Part shown: in pieces, positions 57,182-64,000 of the stretch
Layout of the letters: each line of letters opens with the position of its first letter
Numbering within the stretch: the stretch's first letter is position 1
Assembly: GCA_964607805.1 (NCBI GenBank)
Contig: CAZSLF010000002.1
Location: 36,269 to 100,268 of the forward strand
Direction: 5' to 3'
DNA from: an uncultured Candidatus Saccharibacteria bacterium
GTDB lineage: Bacteria > Patescibacteriota > Minisyncoccia > Phycocordibacterales > CAIZLB01
DNA: 64,000 bases
Position numbers and translations under genes: made by a program
The notes under the pieces: model-generated
The model's input: the letters and a program-made list of their open reading frames with translations, nothing else
Database searches by the model: none
What the model was told of the DNA's origin: nothing

Positions 57182-57910
57182 CTAATAGACGACTTCTTCC
57201 TCTACTGTGCAATTCGTATTTACCCAGTTTAAATCAAATTCAACCAGCTCTCGCCTTTCGGTATTTAGAATGAAATATGTTGAAGCTGATGTATCGTTAG
57301 ATGGATAAATCCTAGGCATTCTATTATCGACTTTCTTTTCAGGACAAACTCTTAGCAAAGATGCCGCGATTGTAAAAAAGACATCGCTGCGGTCGTATAC
57401 GGCATTATCAAATCCATATGAGTTAGCTACAGTAACCTTGTACTTACCAGGCTTAACATCGCTACCAATTTTCCAATCATAGCTCAGGTTGTTATACGAC
57501 ACGCTATTTGAAATCTCCCGAACACAACCTTCTGTTTCCGAATAAAGGCAAATTGAGAATGGTCGCTGATGCAGATTATTAGAATGTTTCCATGCAATTT
57601 TTACAGTATCTCCTATCTTGTATGTTTCAGCTGTGTTTGGCGACAGTACAGTTATTGAATATGTAGGTGTCACGACTTTATTCACCTCTTCCTTTTTTGA
57701 CCCTGACTTTGCAGGAACAGATGCTTCAACAGATGTATTTTGCGAAATAGTGGTTGTTGCCTGCGATGTGCTACCAATATCAGTATTTGTAGGGGTTTCA
57801 GTTGTCGGAGCATTCATTTTTAAATATACATATGCTCCACATCCAATCGCGACTAGTGCGATGAACAATACTGCCAAAAGACTAACTGAGCCTTTATTTA
57901 AGTTTTTCAT
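57182..57910 (-). CDS. Hypothetical secreted or membrane-anchored Thr/Ser-rich protein
   Basis: Start placed at MKNLNKG…; the longer ORF would run into the tRNA terminator. N-terminal signal anchor, Thr-rich linker, and a beta-rich C-terminal domain. Confidence 0.55.
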   Translation of the reverse strand: MKNLNKGSVSLLAVLFIALVAIGCGAYVYLKMNAPTTETPTNTDIGSTSQATTTISQNTSVEASVPAKSGSKKEEVNKVVTPTYSITVLSPNTAETYKIGDTVKIAWKHSNNLHQRPFSICLYSETEGCVREISNSVSYNNLSYDWKIGSDVKPGKYKVTVANSYGFDNAVYDRSDVFFTIAASLLRVCPEKKVDNRMPRIYPSNDTSASTYFILNTERRELVEFDLNWVNTNCTVEEEVVY

Positions 57911-58041
57911 ATATAAAAGTTTAGCATAAAAACATGTGGTCACGAGTAATTTCCTCGTCGACACTCGGAAATTCTCTCGACCCCGGCTCGCGGTCTCGCC
58001 TGCTGGCGAGACATCGCTGCGCCTTCCACACACACGAAAAA

Positions 58042-58060
58042 ATCCGCATAAATGCGGATT
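58042..58060 (-). terminator. Hairpin terminator (aatccgcat-aaa-tgcggatt) immediately 3' of tRNA-Ala
   Basis: 8-bp stem; the A-run on the plus strand is a T-run on the minus strand. Confidence 0.5.
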
Positions 58061-58070
58061 TTTTCTGTTC

Positions 58071-58145
58071 GGTGGACCCTAGCGGATTCGAACCGCTGAC
58101 CTCCTCAGTGCAAATGAGGCGCTCTACCAACTAAGCTAAGGGCCC
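58071..58145 (-). tRNA. tRNA-Ala (anticodon UGC)
   Basis: Manual fold of GGGCCCT-TA-GCTT-AGTTGGTA-GAGC-G-CCTCA-TTTGCAC-TGAGG-AGGTC-AGCGG-TTCGAAT-CCGCT-AGGGTCC-A-CC. It has a 7-bp acceptor stem with a G3:U70 wobble (the alanine identity element), a TGC anticodon and a GTTCGAATC T-loop. CC is encoded but the terminal A is not. Confidence 0.85.
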
Positions 58146-58293
58146 AGATATCATCTTTACTAAGCTTTAAGGCTTAGCCAGCCTCCTATATATACTATAT
58201 TTAGGCGTCTTTAGATGATATCAAAATTGACGGTTTTAGCAAACTGCCATTTTCCAAATAGAATTTATATATAGCTTATATACTCCTATTCAA

Positions 58294-59589
58294 CTACTGA
58301 CACTTATACCCTGAAATACGCTCAGTCTCTATCGAATGGCCACTGCTATCAACACAAACGAATTTGCCATTTTCCTTTAGAGTAGCGAAAGCTCTCCAGT
58401 AATTAGGTGCTTCAATACAATTAATACTTCCCTGAATACCAATTTCAGCACTCTTAAATAATTTCTGTGTCGCCGAGTCGCTACAAACACCAGCATATGA
58501 ATTATTATGAGTAGTGTAGAATAGTTCTGCTTGTGCTCTTAAGCTGCTCAGATTTGATTTAACTACAGCTGATTTAGCCTTCATGTTTGCAGGACCATAC
58601 ATCTCTGACATTGCTGGGTGATCTTCAAAATCGTACGATATTGAACTGATTTTTTTGACAAATTCTTTATATTCTAGATCTTTAGACATCTCTGAAGATT
58701 TGAGTGTTCCATTTTCATATTGTTCCAACTTATCAGCAAGAGATTTTGACATGGTCATAATAACTGTTGAAGTTGTGGCTGTTTTGCTTCCGAAATCATC
58801 AACTACATATGTACTGATAACCCAAAATCCTGAGCTCGGGAAACTATAGTTTAGAGTTCTATCAGTAATTCTAGAATGCACAGGATCAGATATTGATACA
58901 TCATAGAGTTGAGGAGTATCTAAATTATCAATAAACCAGAAAGATCGATAATTCCCAGAGCCGCCATTAACTTTTGTTGCAAACTTTTCATTTGCCTGCA
59001 ACGCTCCGTTTGACCCAGCGTCGTCTAGAAGAACAGGGTCTTCTGATTTATGAGAAGTAAACGCTACAGAGAATTCTGTATTAATACCAGGTGTCAAAGG
59101 CGCAATATGAACAGGCATCCTTGCAACCTCTGCAGCTGTTGGGTATACAGGTGGCGTATATTCTGGATATGTATATGTAGTGTTTGAATTAGACTGACTA
59201 TTAAAACCGCTTGAAGTACAAGTCCTATTCAAATATCCAGAAATATTTGCCCGCGTTAGCGGTCCAAAATATCCTTGAGCAGTTAATCCTTGATCCTTTT
59301 GATATCTTATCAATGCACTTTTAGTTACACCTCCAAAATATCCATACGCAGCACCTTGGGGCATTTTCAAATAATTTCTTTCAATTAGATATTTTTGTAG
59401 TGCTGTTACGTCTGATCCATTTGCTCCTTCTTTTAAGTCTCTTGAGAATGAATTCGCTACGCAAACAGCACTTGCCTCTTTCACATTTACAAAAGAAAAA
59501 ACTGCAATAGCAGCAGCGACGATAAACAGACTGGCAAACGAACTAATAATCAAAGAACCAACAGGCAATCCTAAAATTTTATTTTTCAT
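58294..59589 (-). CDS. Membrane-anchored protein with PG_binding_1-like repeats and a C-terminal type IV pilin-like domain
   Basis: N-terminal TM. Repeats matching those of the 995-aa surface protein: …GSDVTALQKYL…YFGGVTKSALIRYQKDQGLTAQGYFGPLTR… The C-terminal …LRAQAELFYTTHNNSYAGVC…INCIE…FVCVDSSG… resembles the disulfide-bonded C-terminal region of pilins and pseudopilins. Confidence 0.55.
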   Translation of the reverse strand: MKNKILGLPVGSLIISSFASLFIVAAAIAVFSFVNVKEASAVCVANSFSRDLKEGANGSDVTALQKYLIERNYLKMPQGAAYGYFGGVTKSALIRYQKDQGLTAQGYFGPLTRANISGYLNRTCTSSGFNSQSNSNTTYTYPEYTPPVYPTAAEVARMPVHIAPLTPGINTEFSVAFTSHKSEDPVLLDDAGSNGALQANEKFATKVNGGSGNYRSFWFIDNLDTPQLYDVSISDPVHSRITDRTLNYSFPSSGFWVISTYVVDDFGSKTATTSTVIMTMSKSLADKLEQYENGTLKSSEMSKDLEYKEFVKKISSISYDFEDHPAMSEMYGPANMKAKSAVVKSNLSSLRAQAELFYTTHNNSYAGVCSDSATQKLFKSAEIGIQGSINCIEAPNYWRAFATLKENGKFVCVDSSGHSIETERISGYKCQ

Positions 59590-59668
59590 ATGATATTAAT
59601 TATGCGAAATATACTTATCGAACGATATGCTCGTATATTTCGCGGAAACTATACAATAAGTATATCAA

Positions 59669-60649
59669 CTATTTCTTAAGCGCCAACTTAATCAGGTGCG
59701 CAATCAATTCATCTTCGTTGCTGCCAACAGCATGTAAAGATTTGAGAAATGGCGCATGCGCATGAAAATGTGGATGTGTATTTACATCGAGTACATATAT
59801 ACCGCGTCTTGGTGTGACAATTACGTCCACAGTTCCAATATGGCGAAGACCTAAACTATCTTTGGCTCGCTTTACAATATTTTCAATCACTTCTTTTTCA
59901 TGTGTAGTTAGTTGCGCAGGAACTCTGTGACTATAACTTCCTGAAAGCTTATCCGCGAAATCCATAACATGATTATGAGGTTCTACATGAACAGGCATGA
60001 GTGGATAGTGCTCTTGGCCACGGAAATCGTCTATAAATCCAGAAATAATTTCCTTTCCAGTAATATATTCTTCTACAACAATATCAGGAGAAAAAAGTCT
60101 GGCATGATCGAGAGCTTTTATTAGTTCATCGAAATTTCTAGCAATTGATACTCCTACTGATTCGTTAGCATTGCGAGGTTTTACAACAACAGGCATGGGA
60201 AATGTATGGAAGAGATCCTTAGCAACATGTTCAATTTCATCTCCATGTTCTAAATGAAAATCTTTTGCATATGGAGTTTTAATTCCTTCTCTTTTAAGCG
60301 TATCGCGAGTGGCTTTTTTATCACGAGCCATAATTGTTCCGAAAGATTTACTTCCTGTAAATGGCATATGAAATGTATCCAAAATATGCTGAATCCTTCC
60401 GTCTCCACCATATGCACCATGAAGAGAATTAAAAACAACATCAACGTGTCGTAAAGCTTGCTCAGGAAGCATAGGTAAACCTCCAATATGCCAGACACCT
60501 GCTTTATCAATTAAGATATCAATTGCTTTATACTCTTTATTCCAAGGTTCTTTTTTTAGGACATCGAGAATTCGCGCTCCCATTTTCATGGAAAGATCAT
60601 ACTCATCACTTTTTCCGCCGCGAAGCACTCCAACTTTTATATGGGACAT
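59669..60649 (-). CDS. ddl: D-alanine--D-alanine ligase
   Basis: N-terminal KVGVLRGGKSDEYDLS (compare Ddl V(A)VLFGGRSAEHEVS) and ATP-grasp length (326 aa). Confidence 0.85.
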   Translation of the reverse strand: MSHIKVGVLRGGKSDEYDLSMKMGARILDVLKKEPWNKEYKAIDILIDKAGVWHIGGLPMLPEQALRHVDVVFNSLHGAYGGDGRIQHILDTFHMPFTGSKSFGTIMARDKKATRDTLKREGIKTPYAKDFHLEHGDEIEHVAKDLFHTFPMPVVVKPRNANESVGVSIARNFDELIKALDHARLFSPDIVVEEYITGKEIISGFIDDFRGQEHYPLMPVHVEPHNHVMDFADKLSGSYSHRVPAQLTTHEKEVIENIVKRAKDSLGLRHIGTVDVIVTPRRGIYVLDVNTHPHFHAHAPFLKSLHAVGSNEDELIAHLIKLALKK

Positions 60650-60787
60650 GAATATTACAACTATATCATATTAAGTTTTGTTAAAGTTTAAATAAAATGA
60701 AATGAGTTGTGGAAATATCACGTTTTAATCATTTATATTTATTTGATTTTAATTATTTGTCGTTATTTTTAGTTATTTCTACTGCTA

Positions 60788-60815
60788 TTGACAAACCCAT
60801 AAAAGCATGTATAAT
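60788..60815 (+). promoter_or_regulatory. Consensus sigma-70 promoter TTGACA-16-TATAAT
   Basis: ttgaca aacccataaaagcatg tataat, about 195 nt upstream of the 61009 ATG. Confidence 0.45.
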
Positions 60816-60841
60816 ATACACCATATACGTACCTTAAAATA

Positions 60842-60948
60842 CGATCTGCGTAAAAAGCCTGTTTTTAGGCCATTTTTGAAGCCAAATTTAAAGTCAAAAT
60901 TAAAGAGGTTGAAGAAGGAAGAATATAAAATTGGTTTTTTACGCAGAT
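60842..60948 (+). other. Structured 5' leader: 14-bp long-range inverted repeat gatctgcgtaaaaa / tttttacgcagatc enclosing 79 nt, with an inner hairpin and a purine-rich tract; candidate cis-regulatory RNA or attenuator
   Basis: Perfect 14-bp complementarity, seen directly. Confidence 0.35.
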
Positions 60949-61008
60949 CACTCCGTGCCGTTTACGGTTTAGATTTATGCGTTCACAACAAGTAGAAACC
61001 ACACGTAT

Positions 61009-61632
61009 ATGAAACTTCGCACAATCTGGGCGACTGTTACAGTTGCCGAGGAAGGCCTTACCGCCTTCAAAGTCACAAAAACGGATGACCGCATCAACCC
61101 TACCGCACTCGCTGTTGGGGATGAACCGCTCATCACAAATGGTATCGGATACACCCAGGTATTCGACGACCACAAACCCAGCCCTCGATTCGATCTCTTC
61201 TTTCGCAGGGAAGGATCGAAGGATTTGGACATCGGGGACAAGATCGTCGTCCTCTGTCAAGACAATGAAGGCGAACTCATTTACCTGAATTGGACAAATG
61301 AGGCGGAATACCGTCGCTGCCAGGCTCAAATCGACCAAAGGCTCGGGAAAAAGAAGGCCGTGCAAGTGCAGAAGCCGACTCAGCCTACCAAGGACACAAA
61401 TATCTACCGGCTTTTCCACGACAATCAGTCGTTTACTGGAAAGATCGGCGACATCGTTCGTGCACTCTACAAGTACGATCGCCAAAGCCAGGCTTCGGGC
61501 TGGCCCTGCGATTGTGTGTGGAGCATTCATGACGGACGGGGGTTCGTAAAGTGCGACGCTCCTGCCCATCCGGGTACCAATCAGTTCTTGGAGCCCAAGC
61601 CTGAAGCTGCCGTTAGCGCGGTTGCCGCGTAA
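61009..61632 (+). CDS. Hypothetical protein (207 aa) in a GC-rich cassette
   Basis: Flanked by a consensus promoter and a strong same-strand terminator. The larger antisense ORF 60865..61638 was rejected. Confidence 0.5.
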   Translation: MKLRTIWATVTVAEEGLTAFKVTKTDDRINPTALAVGDEPLITNGIGYTQVFDDHKPSPRFDLFFRREGSKDLDIGDKIVVLCQDNEGELIYLNWTNEAEYRRCQAQIDQRLGKKKAVQVQKPTQPTKDTNIYRLFHDNQSFTGKIGDIVRALYKYDRQSQASGWPCDCVWSIHDGRGFVKCDAPAHPGTNQFLEPKPEAAVSAVAA

Positions 61633-61666
61633 CCACAAGCCGAAACTACGGCACGGAACATTCGAA

Positions 61667-61696
61667 GGGCGAGACCATTAGGTCTCGCCCTTTTTT
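61667..61696 (+). terminator. Rho-independent terminator (gggcgagacc-atta-ggtctcgccc + T6)
   Basis: 10-bp perfect stem with a T-run, 35 nt after the 61009..61632 stop. Confidence 0.65.
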
Positions 61697-61854
61697 AACA
61701 CCATGAATTATCCACAAATTTGACAAATTACCATTAAATATGATGTAATTGAATCGTACTGGGATAGCCCCAGTCATGAATGCACATTTTTTAATTGCGT
61801 AATTCTGACTGAATTTCAACCCTACATCCACTCACACCGAAACACAACGCACAA

Positions 61855-62694
61855 ATGAAAACCAAAAATATTTTGGTCGTCTTGGTGATGACCATTTCCC
61901 TGAAATTGCTCTGCCTTATTTCCCTCGTCCCTGCCACAGCAACAGCTGCAGTGAATTACCCTGTCATCGGACAGGAACTGCGCAACCAAATTACCGAGGT
62001 TCGTGCCACAGGAGCTTTCCTGGGTAGCGAATACACCGAGATTTGGCAAGACGAGTACGTCGCCATCTACCTTCCATCCCACCCACAGAAAGGCATGTTG
62101 TTCAAAGTGAACTTCGTGCCGACAGGAGTCGAGGATTATCTCGAACCAGTACTCACAGAGTACAGAGGTTCGACTTCTGTCACAATCACGTCCCCTCGCG
62201 ATTACCTGAAATTCAAGGATGGTACAAAAGAGATCTTCGGTTCAACCGAATTCCTGGGCCAGACAATATATTTCTATATCTGGTCTTGGTTTGAAGAAGA
62301 AGGTGATGGAGATGGAGATGGTCCAGAGAAATGGTCCGTGAACCTCACCTGGGGTGACTCAGCTGCCCTGTTCAATGTAGGTACTGAGGTTGATCGAACC
62401 ACGTTCGGTGTTCTCGAAGACGAGCCACGCAAATGTGGTTTCAAGATCCTTGGAACCAGTTTCGCAGATGGTCAGTTCTGTATCGACGCAACTCACGACT
62501 CCGATGCAGAGGTCAATATGGAAGTTTCCACGAACTTGAAAACGTGGGAACCAATCACCGCCGAACGCGAAACGATTCCTTCGACATTCAAATACGAAGA
62601 AGGAGTTAGGTTCATCGACATCCACCTCTCGCCAAACCTGACGCCCGAGCTTAAAGCAAAGTCGGCAGATGGAATATATTTTAGGATCAAGTAG
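61855..62694 (+). CDS. Secreted hypothetical protein, paralog A (C-terminal …YFRIK)
   Basis: Signal peptide (…ATATAAVNYPVIGQ). About 40% identical and colinear with 62913..63731, with shared blocks YPVIGQ-LRN, GSE-EIW--EYVAI--PSHP-KG-LF--NF-P, IYFY-WSW and W-V-LTWG. Confidence 0.6.
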   Translation: MKTKNILVVLVMTISLKLLCLISLVPATATAAVNYPVIGQELRNQITEVRATGAFLGSEYTEIWQDEYVAIYLPSHPQKGMLFKVNFVPTGVEDYLEPVLTEYRGSTSVTITSPRDYLKFKDGTKEIFGSTEFLGQTIYFYIWSWFEEEGDGDGDGPEKWSVNLTWGDSAALFNVGTEVDRTTFGVLEDEPRKCGFKILGTSFADGQFCIDATHDSDAEVNMEVSTNLKTWEPITAERETIPSTFKYEEGVRFIDIHLSPNLTPELKAKSADGIYFRIK

Positions 62695-62745
62695 TAGTTG
62701 CGATTTCGAGCCCTGGCTCAAGTTACAGCATACTTCGATTCACGG

Positions 62746-62773
62746 CCGGCACCCTTAGGGGCGCCGGTTTTTT
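62746..62773 (+). terminator. Hairpin terminator (ccggcaccc…gggcgccgg + T6); copy 1 of a duplicated ~40-nt terminator module
   Basis: Nearly identical to the sequence at 63767..63794. Confidence 0.55.
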
Positions 62774-62811
62774 GTTTACAGAGCAATTTACCTATTCTTT
62801 ACTATGCTTGC

Positions 62812-62841
62812 TTGACATTTACATATATAATGTGTTATAAT
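62812..62841 (+). promoter_or_regulatory. Sigma-70 promoter candidate TTGACA-18-TATAAT
   Basis: ttgaca tttacatatataatgtgt tataat, about 70 nt upstream of the 62913 ATG. Confidence 0.4.
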
Positions 62842-62912
62842 ATTCATATTCTGAGATAGCCTCGGATGTTCATTTCACAAAAACACTCAACCACAACCAC
62901 CACTATTCTGTT

Positions 62913-63731
62913 ATGAAAAATGTAACTCTCGCTCGTCTGCTTTTCGTATCGATCCTTGCGATGATTTCGCTCTTCGCGAGTGCAACCGATGCGGCGGTGA
63001 AATATCCGGTCATTGGACAAAGCTTGCGAAACCACCTTACAGCGGTTCGTAGCGCCGGCACTTTTGTCGGTAGCGAACATGCCGAAATCTGGGAAAAGGA
63101 ATACGTGGCGATCACGGTTCCCTCCCATCCTGATAAAGGGATTCTCTTTAGGGCGAATTTCATTCCGGTCTTCGAGCTTCCCGGGTTTTATGAGCCACTT
63201 CTCACTTCATATGACGGTTCGGTTGCTGCGCGAGCAACAGCCGATCTTGGCTATTTCGAGTACGACGATGGCTCCGTAGAAATCTACGGATCAACCACGG
63301 TCTTGGGTCAGAAGATTTACTTCTATTCATGGTCCTGGTGGGACGATCATGGCTTCGAGCAGTGGTCAGTAACACTGACTTGGGGTCCCGGTTCAGCGAT
63401 CGACGAATCAGGAACTGAGATCGACCGAACTCACTTTGGAACATTGGCCACTGAGGTTCCATCACTTGGGTATGAAATAATTACCCAAGAGTTAGGGCTC
63501 GACGGGTTCGCGATTGGGATCGTCTTTGATAACCGCGCCGATTTAGTACTCGAGGCATCGACAGACCCGACAGACCCCAAAGCATGGCTTCCAGTCGGAA
63601 GTTTTGTCGAGGAGGTTCCAGATTCAAGCGTGTACGTTGAAGGGATCGATTTCTTGGGAATTGTATTGACCCCAGATCTTTCAGGAGCTCCGTTCAACAC
63701 GAGCTCACGAGTGTTTTTCAGGATCAAGTAA
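62913..63731 (+). CDS. Secreted hypothetical protein, paralog B (C-terminal …FFRIK)
   Basis: Signal peptide (…FASATDAAVKYPVIGQ), colinear with paralog A. Confidence 0.6.
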   Translation: MKNVTLARLLFVSILAMISLFASATDAAVKYPVIGQSLRNHLTAVRSAGTFVGSEHAEIWEKEYVAITVPSHPDKGILFRANFIPVFELPGFYEPLLTSYDGSVAARATADLGYFEYDDGSVEIYGSTTVLGQKIYFYSWSWWDDHGFEQWSVTLTWGPGSAIDESGTEIDRTHFGTLATEVPSLGYEIITQELGLDGFAIGIVFDNRADLVLEASTDPTDPKAWLPVGSFVEEVPDSSVYVEGIDFLGIVLTPDLSGAPFNTSSRVFFRIK

Positions 63732-63766
63732 TGCAGTCGGTCGCAAGACCTTATTCGCATGCTTTG

Positions 63767-63794
63767 ATTCACGGCCGGCACCCTTCGGGGTGTC
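63767..63794 (+). terminator. Hairpin terminator, copy 2 (ccggcaccc…ggggtgtcgg + T6)
   Basis: Same module as 62746..62773 with 3 substitutions. Confidence 0.55.
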
Positions 63795-63799
63795 GGTTT

Positions 63800-64000
63800 T
63801 TTGTTTTCTATTTTCTCGAAGATTTGGGCAAAAAATTTTCTCCTCTTTTCTTTTTATGAAATGTAATGGCAAATCTATGAGTCTCGGCATTGAGTTCTAT
63901 TATTTTTTCTGGTGTAATGAGTTTTGACACTGAATTTGACGCTTTCTTGATGAGAATTTCATCTTCACCTGTATACAATATTTCGCGTGCCTTATGGGCA
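63800..64000 (-). CDS. 3' end of a minus-strand CDS that continues beyond the window edge (partial)
   Basis: Manual reverse-complement translation is open from the window edge to the TAG at 63800..63802 (…AREILYTGEDEILIKKASNSVSKLITPEKIIELNAETHRFAITFHKKKRGENFLPKSSRK*). AT-rich like the backbone. Not in the ORF track because it has no start within the window. Confidence 0.35.

Noticed and set aside
60807-60995. 62-aa highly basic ORF spanning the leader of gene 61009..61632
   Set aside because: Its ATG lies inside the predicted -10 hexamer, so it would not be on the transcript. The composition is Lys/Arg-rich, and it is more likely a by-product of the structured leader.
62903-63781. Minus-strand ORFs (62844..63128, 62903..63163, 63202..63465, 63431..63781) antisense to secreted-protein paralog B, and 62359..62721 antisense to paralog A
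   Set aside because: They are antisense to genes that have signal peptides, promoters and terminators on the plus strand. The translations are Arg/Ser-rich noise.
1-64000. CRISPR arrays, rRNA genes, transposases, integrases and IS elements
   Set aside because: None found. There are no regularly spaced direct repeats and no DDE, tyrosine-recombinase or serine-recombinase motifs among the ORFs. The only repeat families are intragenic (the surface protein) or the duplicated terminator module of the secreted paralogs.

Overview
This window looks like 64 kb from a small, low-GC (~35%) genome with Patescibacteria/CPR-like traits (inference). Those traits are a compact grpE–dnaK–dnaJ operon, a shortened AlaRS, many small hypothetical membrane or secreted proteins, pilin-like and peptidoglycan-binding surface proteins, and tight gene packing. 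I saw no rRNA and no CRISPR array.

Recognisable housekeeping content, nearly all on the minus strand:
- dnaJ, dnaK, grpE
- an infA–rpmJ–rpsM–rpsK–rpsD–rpoA–rplQ–rplM–rpsI ribosomal/RNAP block (rpmJ was found by hand; it is below the ORF-track cutoff)
- alaS, pepF (M3 peptidase), a family-4-like uracil-DNA glycosylase, mnmA, two MltG/YceG paralogs, leuS, ychF
- an ECF sigma/anti-sigma/G6PD-like/histidine-kinase operon
- a lexA–dinB SOS cassette with a GAAC-N4-GTTC LexA box
- a ~1000-aa repetitive surface protein, an FAD-linked oxidase, an SDR, a membrane acyltransferase, a short ClpP-like protease, ddl, and one tRNA-Ala(UGC) with the G3:U70 identity pair

The most unusual aspects:
- The low-GC backbone is interrupted by about ten short ~50% GC cassettes of hypothetical genes (around 6.2–6.8 kb, 25.8–26.4 kb, 31.7–32.4 kb, 33.7–35.4 kb, 48.1–50.3 kb, 51.7–53.2 kb, 55.3–56.9 kb and 61.0–63.8 kb). 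Several have near-consensus TTGACA-N16-18-TATAAT promoters, long structured 5' leaders and strong hairpin terminators. One holds a divergent promoter pair; another holds tandem paralogous secreted proteins with duplicated terminators and a conserved C-terminal FRIK motif.
- Between UDG and mnmA sits a tandem pair of PD-(D/E)XK nucleases: a Cas4-like Fe-S nuclease and an ATP-cone–Mrr-like nuclease. This is a candidate two-gene defence module.

All coordinates are 1-based on the + strand. Functional calls are from motif recognition by eye only; no database search was possible.
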